Shown here piece by piece: positions 36,483 through 48,384 of a DNA stretch of 64,000 nucleotides. Origin of the DNA: Rhodospirillales bacterium (GTDB lineage: Bacteria; Pseudomonadota; Alphaproteobacteria; Bin95); assembly GCA_038143065.1 (NCBI GenBank), contig JAYQLI010000035.1:1408894-1472893 (forward strand). The letters are read 5' to 3'. The notes under the pieces are model-generated. The model was not told where the DNA came from and searched no databases. It saw only the letters and a list, made by a program, of their open reading frames with translations. Each line of letters starts with the position of its first letter. Position 1 is the stretch's first letter. The position numbers and the translations under genes were made by a program.

Positions 36483-37544
36483 CTAAACTACCGCAGTAAA
36501 AGGCTCAAGGCCTGAAAGGCGAAGCCGTTTGGGAAGCGTTGGCAGCTGGCGTGGAGGTCTGTCCTTTACAGCATCTACAATGGCTCGAATATGATCTGGG
36601 GTCGTACCACAACACCCCCCGACTATGTTGACGAGCCCAGCATCTGTCCATTCTTTTAGATGAGCAGCCGTCTCGTTAGGCATCTCATCATAACCACCAA
36701 GGTCATTTGGGAGTCCCGCATTTGGGTGCGCAGACACTCTGACATCTGCCGCCTTAGCAATTGCTGCTACATGAGGACGGAGTTGTTGAGCACCTAAAGC
36801 ACAATTAAAACCCACACTGAAAGGATTGGCATGCATAATTGAATGCCAAAAGGCCTCAGGTGTTTGACCAGAAAGAGTACGACCTGAAAGATCTGTGATG
36901 GTTCCAGAAATCATAATTGGAATGTGCCTACCAGTTTTTTCCTCTCTATCCATGAGAGCAAAAATCGCCGCTTTCGCATTGAGGGTATCGAAAACCGTTT
37001 CAACCAGGAACAGATCAATTCCGCCTTCTACCAAAGCATCCGCTTGTTCATAATAGGCTTTAGCAAGGGCATCAAAATTTACATTGCGAAACCCAGGATC
37101 CTCAACATTTGGAGAGATCGATGCGGTGCGATTAGTTGGGCCGATCGCACCCGCAACAAATCGAGGCTTATCAGCTGTTGAAGCGGAATCAGCGGCAGTT
37201 CGAGCAACTTTTGCGCCCTCAAAATTTATATCTGCCACATTATTTTCCATGGCATAATCTGCCTGTGCAATTGCCGTTGCATTAAAAGTATTTGTCTTGA
37301 GGATGTCTGCTCCTGCATCGAGATAAGCGGAATGTATTTTGCCGATTGCTTCAGATTGGGTGATATTCAGTAGGTCGTTATTTCCCTTCAGATCCGTCGG
37401 CCATTCTTTGAATTTTTCACCACGAAAATCATCTTCAGATAACCTAAGGCCCTGGATCATTGTGCCCATAGCTCCATCGAGCACCAAAACTCTTGCCGTG
37501 GCAGCTTTATAGAGCGCATCAAGCCTTTCGTCGGGCATATTCAT
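36483..37544 (-). CDS. metH: Methionine synthase homocysteine-binding domain (stand-alone N-terminal part of MetH)
   Basis: [40 protein letters not shown] and LRLSGLEP. Confidence 0.95.
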   Translation of the reverse strand: MNMPDERLDALYKAATARVLVLDGAMGTMIQGLRLSEDDFRGEKFKEWPTDLKGNNDLLNITQSEAIGKIHSAYLDAGADILKTNTFNATAIAQADYAMENNVADINFEGAKVARTAADSASTADKPRFVAGAIGPTNRTASISPNVEDPGFRNVNFDALAKAYYEQADALVEGGIDLFLVETVFDTLNAKAAIFALMDREEKTGRHIPIMISGTITDLSGRTLSGQTPEAFWHSIMHANPFSVGFNCALGAQQLRPHVAAIAKAADVRVSAHPNAGLPNDLGGYDEMPNETAAHLKEWTDAGLVNIVGGCCGTTPDHIRAIVDAVKDRPPRQLPTLPKRLRLSGLEPFTAVV

Positions 37545-37586
37545 CGCACCGAATCCTAAATTTACTTATGAAATGATGGAATAACT

Positions 37587-37620
37587 ATATAAGCATATTG
37601 TTATATGCCATGTAAATCAA
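37587..37620 (-). promoter_or_regulatory. metH promoter with overlapping 20-bp palindromic operator (SahR-like)
   Basis: TTGATT (37620-37615), 17 bp spacer, TATGCT (37597-37592). The palindrome ATATAA-gcATATtg-TTATAT spans 37587-37606. Confidence 0.55.
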
Positions 37621-37637
37621 GGTGTTGCTGGCATAGA

Positions 37638-38360
37638 TTAGAAGATTGAGTTCCAAATCACTGGCAGAAGTGCCGCTGTAAATAAACCGTTTAGACCCAT
37701 AGCAATTCCTGCGAAAGCTGCAGCGGTTTCGTTAATCTGAAGAGCACGTCCAGCCCCGATGCCATGACTTGCAACGCCCAATGCCAACCCTTGCGCACGG
37801 CTATCTAGAAGACCCAACCAATTCAAAATTGGAGGGCCCAAAATTGCACCAAGTATACCAGACAGGATAACCACCGCAGCTGTTAACGAAGGCAATCCAT
37901 CTAGTTTCTCGGCCACCCCCATAGCTATAGGCGTGGTCACTGATTTAGGAATCAGGCTGGCGATAAGATCTGGCGTTGCACCGGAAACCCAAGCAAAAAA
38001 ACCAGCGCTTCCCGCTGCTACGGTCGATCCCGCGACTAACGCTAAGATCAAACCAGCCGCTGACCGGCGGACTTTTTCAAATTGATTGTACAGCGGAATT
38101 GCTAAGGCCACCGTTGCTGGTCCTAGCAAAAAATGGACAAATTGAGCGCCCTCGAAATAGCTCTCGTAGCTTGTATGGGTAAATACCAAAACTATAGAAA
38201 TTGATGTCACAGAGATCAGCACCGGATTGAGCAAGGGGCTTCGTCCAAATCTTCGATAAAGCCAGTCCCCAACTTGGTATATCACTAGGGTCATAGTGAG
38301 ATGTAAAAGGGGGTTAGAAGAGAGATAAACCCAAACGTTAGAAACTTTATCCATCGTCAT
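37638..38360 (-). CDS. lrgB: LrgB family membrane protein
   Basis: LLGPATVALAIPLY, PKSVTTPIAM and GLALGVASHGIG. Confidence 0.93.
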   Translation of the reverse strand: MTMDKVSNVWVYLSSNPLLHLTMTLVIYQVGDWLYRRFGRSPLLNPVLISVTSISIVLVFTHTSYESYFEGAQFVHFLLGPATVALAIPLYNQFEKVRRSAAGLILALVAGSTVAAGSAGFFAWVSGATPDLIASLIPKSVTTPIAMGVAEKLDGLPSLTAAVVILSGILGAILGPPILNWLGLLDSRAQGLALGVASHGIGAGRALQINETAAAFAGIAMGLNGLFTAALLPVIWNSIF

Positions 38361-38700
38361 GTTTCCGCGCTCGGGTTAAAACAGTCATCACCGCGGCAGT
38401 GATAATGATACCTAAAAGAGTACTGATCACCACAGCCAAACCAATTGCCTGCCATGCATCCTTAATCAAAACTAAATGTGTAGTGACACCAACTCCAGCA
38501 GGGACGAAAAGCATTGACAATCGTTGCAGCAGACCTTGTGCAACTTGAGATAAAGATGGCGATACACCACCACGCAAAAATAGAATACCAAGCAGAAGCA
38601 GCATGCCTAAGACAGGACCTGGAACTGGAAAATCAAAGTAAACAACAATGGCCTCTCCAACCAATTGGAGAACAAGCAACAAAGTCAACGCGGAAAGCAT
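38347..38700 (-). CDS. lrgA: CidA/LrgA family membrane protein
   Basis: QLVGE, PVPGPVLGM and LFVPAGVG. Overlaps the lrgB start. Confidence 0.93.
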   Translation of the reverse strand: MLSALTLLLVLQLVGEAIVVYFDFPVPGPVLGMLLLLGILFLRGGVSPSLSQVAQGLLQRLSMLFVPAGVGVTTHLVLIKDAWQAIGLAVVISTLLGIIITAAVMTVLTRARKHDDG

Positions 38701-39171
38701 AATCTAGAAATACCCCCTATTAACGACCCCGCCAAATTTCACAGTGGCTGGATGCATATTAAACACATTCACACCGATTAACGTGTCTGCTGTATGCAAG
38801 AAAACTCCTTGGGGAAAGGCATCTTCAAAAATTAGAAAGCCTAGTAAAATTTTTGCTTGAGTAGGTCAAAGCATTCATTTGAGTAACGCCTGGTTTCAGA
38901 AATTACATATTTAGTTAAGAGGTTTCTGATTTGATAAAATCAGATCTAACAAACTCTCTCCTCACTGTGGGACAACGAACCAACCTCTTGTGCGCAGTGG
39001 TTGGAAGATTTGAAAGGAATAAACTCAGCAAACAAAAGTGCTGAGAACATAGTTTGGCGTTATGTGCTGAAAAGATTAAAGCTAATAAAGTGCACTCCGT
39101 AATTTTTATTGGCTAACTTATGCCTTTTACAAACGACATATAATCACGTTTTTTCTGGAAGGACTGTAATC

Positions 39172-40441
39172 ATGCGCATCGAAATCCTCTGCACGGGCGA
39201 CGAAGTGCTGAGTGGCAAGACAATCAACACTAATTACAGTCATATGGCACGGCGACTGCAAGAAATTGGGGCTGACGTGATCTGGGGCACTACCGTCGGA
39301 GACGACCGCAAAAGTCTAAGAGCGGCTTTCCAACAAGCATCGGTACGTGCCGATGTTGTCATAGTGAATGGAGGGCTTGGACCTACAGTAGATGATCTCA
39401 GCCAAGAAATGGCCGCAGAAGCAGCCGGGGTGGGTTTAGTTTTAAATGAATCTTGGCTCGAAAATATTCAAAGTTTCTACAAAGCTCGAGGCCGAGAGAT
39501 GCCTCCTAACAATCGGAAGCAAGCAATGCTTCCTGAAGGGGCAGAATTTATTGATAACCCGGTGGGAACTGCATGCGGGTTCGCCATAGATATTGGTAAT
39601 GCGCGGTTCTTTTTACCCTGGCGTTCCTCGCGAAATCCGTTTGATGCTCGATGACCAGATAATCCCCAGAATTCTTCAAATGAGCGGCACCCAAGCCAAA
39701 GTTCGACTCAAGCGTTTTCATTCATTTGGCCTTGGTGAATCACGTGTTGACGAAATGTTAAAAGACGTTGAGGCGATGGCCATTGGAGGTGAGGTGAAAC
39801 TAGGTTTTCAAGCTCACTATCCTGAGCTCGAAACAAAAATCTTCGCCCGTGGAACGGATCCAGACGAACTCACCCGAAGGATGGCACCAATTGAAAATAT
39901 TATCCGCGACCGCCTTGGCCCTTTTATCCTAGCAGAAGATGATGAAACCCTGGAAAGCAATGTTCTGAACTCGATCAAGTCAGATAAAGGTACTCTTGCG
40001 ATAGCTGAATTTGGTACAAACGGAGCTGCAGCCAGCCGGATGGTTGCTGCTGATCCAGAGTCTTTTGTTTTCCGACGAGGTGTTCTGGGTGGTGATATCA
40101 ATAGCCTCGCATCCGCCCTTGATCTAAAATTGGACGAGGCATCTTCCGCATCGGCAGCAGCATGCGCAGAAGCAGTCATGCGGGCAACTGGAACCACTTA
40201 TGGGCTTGCCGTGCTAATTCCAAAAGGAAATGAAGGTGGAATTGGGGGAGGTGAAGGCCAAGTTTATATTGCCATTGCCAAGAATGATGGAACAAAGATT
40301 GAGCGATCCGCTCTTATAGTTGGAGGCAAAGAAAGGGTGCGCGCTGGAGGGGTTGAAATGGGATTAGACTGTCTCCGCCGTGCATTACAAGGACTAGTCA
40401 CGGATGACAGAATTGATTTTGAAAAAAAAGACAGCGTTTAA
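39172..40441 (+). CDS. cinA: CinA-like protein (molybdopterin-binding-like pyrophosphatase plus degenerate PncC domain; frameshift near 39610)
   Basis: TGDEVLSG...NTN, VGDD, GGLGPTVDD, KQA.LP, NPVGTACG, PGVPRE and GLGES. Confidence 0.85.
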
Positions 40442-40495
40442 CTTTCACAAAGAATAGTCCAACATTGGGGTGAAAAATTATTGAGGATCACTCCA

Positions 40496-41681
40496 ATGAG
40501 CACCAATGCCCTTCCTCTCCGCCGCTTTAAGGTACTTGATTTAACTCGCGCTCGAGCCGGACCAACTGCAGTCCGTCAATTGGCTGACTGGGAGCTGATG
40601 TATTAAAAATCGAAGCACCCGCAGAGGATGATAGCAGAAGCGTAACCGGGGTGCACGACACGGTTTTGATTTCCAAAATTTACATCGCAACAAACGTTCA
40701 ATCACGCTGAATCTTAAAAAGGATTCTGCTCGCGAAATTTTTTTAAAATTAGTTGAAGAAGCTGACGTTGTTGTCGAAAATTACCGTCCAGGAGTTAAAA
40801 CACGGCTTGGTGTCGACTATGAGGCCTGTAGGGCAGTAAATCCTGGCATCGTTTATGGGTCGATTTCTGGATTTGGGCAATCCGGCCCCTATCGAGATAG
40901 ACCAGGTGTCGATCAAATTGCTCAAGGAATGGGCGGCCTGATGTCAGTAACTGGATTGCCTGGTCAAGGCCCAGTTCGAGTTGGAATTCCTATTGCCGAC
41001 CTAACCTGCGGAATGTTCCTTGCAATTGGGATTCTTACCGCACTTCTAGAACGAGAAGTTTCTGGTGAGGGACAATGGGTGCATACTTCTCTCTTGGAAG
41101 CTCAAATTGCGATGTTGGATTTTCAAGCCAGCCGATGGACAATGGCAGGAGAAATTGCTCCCCAAGCGGGCAATGATCACCCCACAAGTGTTCCAACCGG
41201 AGTTTTCCCAACTTCAGATGGTCATATCAACATTGCAGCTTCTGGAGGTGTAATGGTTGAACGTTTATCAGGCGCCCTTGGGGCTTCTGAGCTTCTTACC
41301 AATCCCAAGTTCAATAGCAATGAAAGTCGTTCGGAACACAGAAAAGATCTAAATGCTGTGATTGCGAGCTATACAGAAAAGCGCTCGTCCGCTGACCTAA
41401 TTGAGGCCCTGAACGCCGCGGGCGTCCCTTGCGGTCCAATCTACAATATCAAACAAACCTTCGCCGATGAGCAAGTGCAGCATTTGGGCCTTGCAACACC
41501 AGCGCCCCATACTCACCTTGGCGATCTAAGTATTGTTCGACACCCCACTAATATGTCTCGAACACCATTCAGAATGAGGTCTGCTGCACCCGAGCAAGGT
41601 GATGCTACAACTGAAACGCTTACCGCACTTGGATATGATCAAGAAGCTCAGACTAAGCTGAAAGCAGAGGGGGCAATCTAA
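40496..41681 (+). CDS. CaiB/BaiF family III CoA-transferase (frameshifts in 5' part)
   Basis: KVLDLTRARAGP, HRNKRSITLNLK, ADVVVENYRPG, ISGFGQSGPY and D.IAQGMGGLMSVTG. Confidence 0.92.
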
Positions 41682-41684
41682 TCG

Positions 41685-42400
41685 ATGTCTGACGTTCTAA
41701 TAGATACTGAAGGTTCGATCCGGCTACTGACCCTGAACCGCCCAGAAAAACTTAATGCAATTAATGATGCACTTTCTCACGCTCTCAAAAGCGCCATCAA
41801 AGAAGCAGCAAGTGACGACAACGTCTCTGTGATCCTTCTCACAGGTGCTGGCCGAGCTTTTCAGCAGGCGCCGACTTAAAAGAAGCGGCAAGCAATGGTG
41901 GGCGTCCGCAGCGGGAAGCGTTGAATTCAGCGATCAACTCAACATCAGTCTACAACGCCCTGATCGCGTGCGATAAGCCAGTTATTGCCGCGGTAAATGG
42001 CTACGCACTTGGGGCAGGTTCTGCAATCGCAGTGTCTTGCGACCTCGTGCTAGCAAGCGATGATGCCGTTTTTGGATACCCAGAATTGAAACACGGGCTC
42101 GCCGCAACAGCTGTATCTCCAACATTAGTTGCCCAAATTGGCCGGAAGCACGCCACTGAATTGCTGCTTCTAGCTGAAAACCTTCCCGCAGCCCGTGCAG
42201 CAGAAATTGGACTGATTAATCGAGTCGTACCTAAAGATGAATTAATGACGACAGCAAAACTCTGGGCCAACATAATGTCTGGTTTTGACAGTGACGCTCT
42301 TTGGATGACGAAGCGCATGATCAGACGTTCTTCTGAAATGACACTAGCACAGGCCCATGGTTTAGCTGCGGATAGTTTGACAGTAATGCGAGGCTTTTGA
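41685..42400 (+). CDS. Enoyl-CoA hydratase/isomerase family protein (frameshift near 41860)
   Basis: LTLNRPEKLNAI, TGAGRAF.AGADL, KPVIAAVNGYALG and GYPELKHG. Confidence 0.9.
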
Positions 42401-42459
42401 TTTAGGCTTCACCCAACTAACATTCTTTTAATTGCTTTCGAATATAGTTGAGACAAATC

Positions 42460-44253
42460 ATGAATTATGCAGACCCTTCAGGCTTTAAAGCACAAGACCT
42501 CCAACAAATTCGAAGTCAGATCGAAGGCTGGCTTAGCCGCTTTGAGACCGCATTAACAGCGTGCGACGCCAACAAATTATCGGATTGTTTCACAAGGGAT
42601 GGAAACTGGAGGGATGTTCTAGCTTTCACATGGCACCTCACCCCGTCTGTTGGCGCGTCACAAATAGGTACTGGGTTTGTAGAGCGACAACCATCTGTCC
42701 TTGCACATAAATTTGAAATCAACCCAGAGCGTAGTGAACCAAGAAGGGTAACGAGACTTCAGAAAGACTGCATCGAAGCCATGATTCGCTTCGAAACTAA
42801 ACTTGGACGAGGTGAAGGTGTTCTGCGCCTCATAGAGGAGGGCACTACTTTAAAAGCGTGGGCACTCTCTACCTCGTTAGAGGAAATAAAGGGTTTTGAG
42901 GAAAAAATTGGAGCAAATCGACCTAGTGGATCAGCATACTCCCGAAATTTTGGTGGAGACAACTGGGAAGATGCTCGTCAGCGTGCACAATCTTATGAAG
43001 ATCATCATCCCACTGTTCTTGTAGTCGGCGGAGCACAGGCTGGGTTATCTATTGCAGCTCGATTGAATCAACTAGGTGTAGACACACTAGTTGTCGAAAA
43101 ATGGCCACGGATAGGGGATAGCTGGAGAAAGCGCTATCACTCTCTGGCACTTCACAACTCAATCCACGTCAATAACTTGCCGTACATGCCATTTCCACCC
43201 ACTTGGCCAAATTATATTCCCAAAGACATGCTGGGCTTATGGTTTGAGTCGTATGCCCAGATCATGGAAATCAATCATTGGACTTCGACTGAATTTACAA
43301 AAGGTGAATGGGATGAGGCTGCAAAACACTGGAATGCAACTCTAAAACTAGCCGATGGATCAGAGCGGTTGCTGAAACCACGGCACATCGTTTTTGCTAA
43401 CGGAGTTAGCAGCTATCCATTGAAGCCGGAGATCCCAGGACTGGAAGAATTTGAAGGCGATGTTATCCATTCAGAAGGCTTTGATAGCGGCGCACCTTAC
43501 GCCGGCAAAAAAGCGATAGTGATTGGAACTGGCTCAAGCGGCAATGATATCGCTCTAGACTTACACAGCTTTGGCGTGGATACAACAATTGTTCAACGAG
43601 GCTCCACGACGGTCGTATCTATCGAACCGTCCGCTAAACTGAATTATGCTCTCTATGACGAAGGGCTTTCGGTTGAGGAATGTGACCTAATTGGCCTAGC
43701 CGCCACTCCTCCATTGGTCATCAAAGCCTATCAGCTTGCCGTCAAACGAATGATGGACCTCGACAAGGAAATGATCGAAGGCTTGGAAAAAATTGGCTTT
43801 AAATATGACATTGGTGAAGACGGCACTGGACACCAGATGAAGTACCGTCGGCGCGGCGGTGGGTATAATCTGGATGCAGGCAGCTCGGCTTTGATGATTA
43901 AGGGTGAAATTGGTCTTATCCAAAACGATGAGTTCGAAAGCTACTGTGCATAGGGAGCTCGCATGAAAGATGGCTCCTTAGTTGAGGCAGACGTTATTGT
44001 TCTCAGTACAGGTTACTATCCACAAGGGGAACTTGTTCGGCGCGCTCTAGGTGAAGATATGGCGTCAAAAATAGGGCCCATCTGGGGTGAAGATGAGGAT
44101 GGCGAACTCGCCAATATGTTTAAGCGGACTCCTCAGGAAGGCGCTTGGTTTATTGCAGGTAGCCTCACCCAGGTTCGGGTTTATTCCAAATACCTGGCAT
44201 TGCAAATCAAGGCTCTGGAAGAAGGCCTAATTGACACCAATCCTCACTCTTAA
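42460..44253 (+). CDS. Flavin-containing monooxygenase with N-terminal NTF2-like region; in-frame TAG at 43951-43953
   Basis: WRDVLAFTW, VGGAQAGL, WRKRYHSL.LH, FEGDVIHS, IGTGSSG.D and STGY. The downstream ORF at 43963 is in the same frame. Confidence 0.88.
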
Positions 44254-44276
44254 GCTCAGTAATGAAGGTCGGTTTC

Positions 44277-45180
44277 ATGTCGTTAGAAGTCATTCCAAGC
44301 GGAAAAGCACTAGGTGCAGAAATTCGTGGAATTGACCTTTCAGAAGGCCTTAGTGGAGAGACACTATCAGCGGTCAATGCTGCCTGGTTGGATCACTTAG
44401 TTCTTCTATTCCGAAATCAAACCATCGATGATCACCAACTCCTGCAAATGGCTGAAAAGCTGGGGAAGCCAGGCAACTAAATCTAGGGACTACTACGTAA
44501 AAGCTGGCTTCACTGAAAAATCTGCAAGATTGTCTGCGGTACCAGGAATTTCGATAATCTCAAACCTAGACGACGACGGAAATCCCGTTGCGCTTCATGC
44601 GGGAAGTGGAAGCCAAGAACTTCACTGGCATACCGATAATTCATACGTTGAAAACCCTCCGAAGGGCAGCATCCTTCATGCCCTTCAAACTCCGCAAGCA
44701 GGCGGTGGTCACACAAGCTTTGCAAATCAATATCTAGCCTATGAAAATTTACCCGACGAACTAAAGGCAAAACTTCCTGGCTTACATATTCTACATGATG
44801 ACAGCCGGAATACGGCTGGAGGTCTTCGTCCAACACGTGTTGCTGCGCAAGCTCGTAGCGAGGTGACTGGTCCTGTACACCCCCTTATTCGCGTTCATCC
44901 CGAAACAGGAAAAAAAGCGCTTTACCTAGGGCGTCGCTATGCTTGGCCATCAAGTCATATCGTCGAATTAGACGACAATGAAAGTGAGAAATTATTGAAC
45001 TCTCTCTGGTCCGCAGCCTCAAAACCTGAGATTACCTGGACACACTCTGACTGGCGACCTGGCGACGTTCTTATGTGGGATAATAGGTGCACTCTGCATG
45101 CTCGGTCTAAAGTGGATCATACTCAGGCAAGAGAAATGCACCGAACCCTAATCAAAGGGGAGGCTATTATAGCAGGATAG
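44277..45180 (+). CDS. TauD/TfdA dioxygenase 3 (frameshift near 44465)
   Basis: LGAEIRGIDL, WHTDNSY, GGHTSFAN, HPLIRVHPETGKK and WDNRCTLH. Confidence 0.92.
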
Positions 45181-45181
45181 A

Positions 45182-46823
45182 TTACTGTGAAGACGGAATA
45201 ATCGGATCCAGCATAGGCTTACCCAAAATCAAGTCGGCACCCTTTTCCGCTATCATCATGGTACCTGCATTGAGATTGGCAGAGAGCATAGTGGGCATAA
45301 CAGAAGCATCAATTACTCGCAGTCCATCAATTCCACGTACACGAAGTTTATCGTCAACCACACTTGTAGGATCAGTTGACGGGGCCATGCGGCAGGTACC
45401 CATTACATGATAGGTTGTATTTCCATAATGGCGGGCAGCCTCAAGTAATTCTTCGTCTGTTTGCACACTGTTGCCTGGGTAACTTTCAGCATCCACATAC
45501 GGCTTAAGAGCTTCTGTATGGATCAATTTTCTTGCGAGTTTCATAGCACCAACAACAACTCTGCGATCTTCTTCCGCATCTAAATAATTAGGCTGGATAG
45601 CGGGTGCTTCAAACGGATCATTAGACTTAGCCCGAACGTATCCTAAGCTCTCTGGTCGATGCTGCCATGCTGCAATTGTAAAGCCTGGATGATCATCAAA
45701 AAACCCATGCATCCCAGGCTTGTAACTTGCTGGCGTAAATATGAACTGAAGGTCATTGCTCTTCACAGCAGGGTCCGTATGCCAAAACCCGTAGACCATA
45801 GATGCGCTGAGGTTAACTATACTTTTTCCACCCATAAAATATTTAGCAATCTCGCCAAGGAGTTGAATACCCTTCGCCCGTTCGTTCAAAGTTTCGATGT
45901 TTTTGACCTTAACAGCAAAACGAGGGGCATAGTGGTCGCGAAGGTTCTCTCCAACACCTTTGAGCTCGTGTATCACTGGAATTTGGCGTTCACGAAGCAA
46001 ATCCCCAGGCCCTATGCCAGACAATTGCAGCAGCTGAGGCGAGTTGATAGCACCGCCACTCACAATTACCTCGCGATTAGCTCGAACTTCTAACTTTGAG
46101 CCTCCACGACCACCCTTAGAAAATTCGACGCCTACAGCCTTTTTATTATCTAAAATCAGCCGTGTCGCATGTGCATCCGTCTTGATGGTTAAATTTTTTC
46201 GTCCTTTGACCGGATTGAGAAAGGCCTTGCGGTGCTCACTCGCCTTCGCCCTCTGACTGTTCGCTGAACGTACGAAACACCAGCCTGGTCTTCCCCGTTG
46301 TAGTCAGGGTTACGTGGAATACCTACTTCCTGAGCTCCCCGCATAAACGCTTCACAGAGAGGATGTTGGTAATCGAGATCTGTTACCGATAAAGGTCCCT
46401 CCCGGCCTCGGAAAAAATCGTCGCCTTCACCAATTCTTTGCTCGCATCGCTTAAAATAGGGCAATACGTCTGCATAACCCCACCCTTGGTTACCACGCTG
46501 AGCCCAGCCATCGAAATCCATTCTTTGGCCACGATTGTATATGTGACCATTGATAGAAGAGGACCCACCAAGGGTCTTGCCACGAGGCACATCGATGTTT
46601 CTATCAGCAGTCCAATAACTAGGCTCAGTCTCATAAAGCCAATTTACTGAGGGATTGTTTAGGGTCTTGATAAATCCCGCCGGGATGTGAATGAAGGGTT
46701 CCAATCTCTAGGTCCAGCTTCCAGCAGACACACCGTATACTTACCATTCTCGGTGAGCCTATTAGCCAGAATACAGCCAGCTGATCCAGCGCCTACAATT
46801 ACATAATCAAATGCTTCAGCCAT
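45182..46823 (-). CDS. GMC oxidoreductase (choline dehydrogenase-like), several frameshifts
   Basis: [60 protein letters not shown] and [10 protein letters not shown]. Confidence 0.93.
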
Positions 46824-46939
46824 ATCGCAGCTCACCGTATTTGAAAGTGGAAGAAGGTTTTATCTGCAGATCATTAAAAGCCCAGGGTCTAAAGCTAAGA
46901 CCAATGTCCTAACCTTAAAAAGCTGGCTCATTTTGATCC

Positions 46940-47771
46940 TCAAAGCTTTGCTGTGTTGGTAGTCGCACCATTATATAAAATCTGACTCACAGCGTCTGAT
47001 GCTTTAACGTGATAAGCCATAATCGCAGGATCAAAATCGTGCGCGGGTCGGGGTGTATGCTCAAAAGCTTGAAATTTATCCTCGCCACTCACGAGCGCCG
47101 CCGAGTCCCAATCACCTACAATTTGTTCAGTATCTGCTGGCATGAAATGCATCGAAACACCAATGCGACGATCCATTCCACTGTTAGGACCGCTGGCATG
47201 AGCAAGACGATAATTGTGTATGGACATCTGTCCAGGCATCAAAGGCATATGAACAGCGTGGGCGTCATCTACTCCGCGCGTTATTTCCTGCCCACGCGTC
47301 AGCATATTATCGGTATGATAGCGATCCTCATGCGTTAAGCTCTCTCCACGGTGCGTGCCAGGCATAACACGCATGCAACCATTTTCTGTCTGAGCTGGGG
47401 ATAGGGCTAACCATGCTGTAATGACCTTATCACTAGACAATCCCCAATAGGTGTTATCTTGATGCCACGAAACAAAACTCTTCGGAACCAGCATCCTTGA
47501 TCCAAAAAATTGTGTTCCAGCATAGAATGTTCGGGCCAATTAACTGTTTAATTGGGCTGAGTACTCTTTCGTCGCGAATAACATCATCCAACCACTTAAA
47601 AAGAAGATGTGATTTTGCCCTATAAGCTGGAGGTAATTTTCCACCATTTTTTACCTCAGCTGCTTCCAGGCTATCCCGACAAGCTGCCACTTCAGACGCT
47701 GCTAACACATCAATAGGAAAGACGTATCCTTCTTGTTCATATTGGCGGATTTGGTCGTTTGTCAGTGACAT
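46940..47771 (-). CDS. Phytanoyl-CoA dioxygenase (PhyH) family 2OG/Fe(II) enzyme (frameshifted)
   Basis: YEQEGYVFP, SWHQD..YWGL, TAWLAL, NGCMRVMPGTH, H.SGPN and DRRIG. Confidence 0.9.
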
Positions 47772-47865
47772 TAGGGGATCCTCCTGAGGTTCTAATTTGA
47801 AAACTTTATTACTGTAGTGAAGCAATGCTTCTCAAAATTAATACCTGCTGTGGCTCTGATACCTA

Positions 47866-48342
47866 CTACACACTAGCATCTCTCTGAGCTGAACTAGCAA
47901 CCATGCGAGCCACTTCATATTCTAAAACTGTTTCACCTTTTTTGGTTGATTGCGCGGTTCAAAGTTTTGACTATTCCTCGTCCACCTTTGCTTGTTTCAC
48001 GGACCATTTGAACCTCAACATCGCAGTAAATGGTATCCCCTACGTTAGTAGGTCCTGTCATTTTCATTGTTGTCTCTAGCATGGCAAGGCCCGTCATTTG
48101 CATAGTACCTTGCACTAAAAGACCTCGCAAAAACAATAAACAAGGGCTCCGGGAACAGGGCGGCCACCCTTTATAGCCCCATGCCGGTCAGAAAACGTTG
48201 CATCAGTAAATATCATCTCAACCATGCCTGTTGCATTAATGAAATTTACAAGATCAGCTTCCGTTATAGTGCGATTGATCGTTCTGAATCGATCACCCGC
48301 TTTCAGTTCATCCCAGCCAATTCCCAATCCTACAACACGCAT
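47866..48342 (-). CDS. MaoC-like hot-dog dehydratase (frameshifted)
   Basis: RTITEADLVNF, GRPVPG, P..VGDTI and NQKGETVLEY. Confidence 0.85.
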
Positions 48343-48384
48343 ATAATTAACCTTCCGTTTAAAAGTGTCAGTTTATCCTCAAAA

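Noticed and set aside
37638-38700. Phage holin/antiholin (prophage remnant)
   Set aside because: This is an ordinary chromosomal lrgAB pair with no phage genes nearby.
43951-43953. Pyrrolysine or genome-wide TAG recoding
   Set aside because: TAG terminates other genes here (e.g. 31383, 45180), no pyl genes are visible, and the position is non-catalytic.
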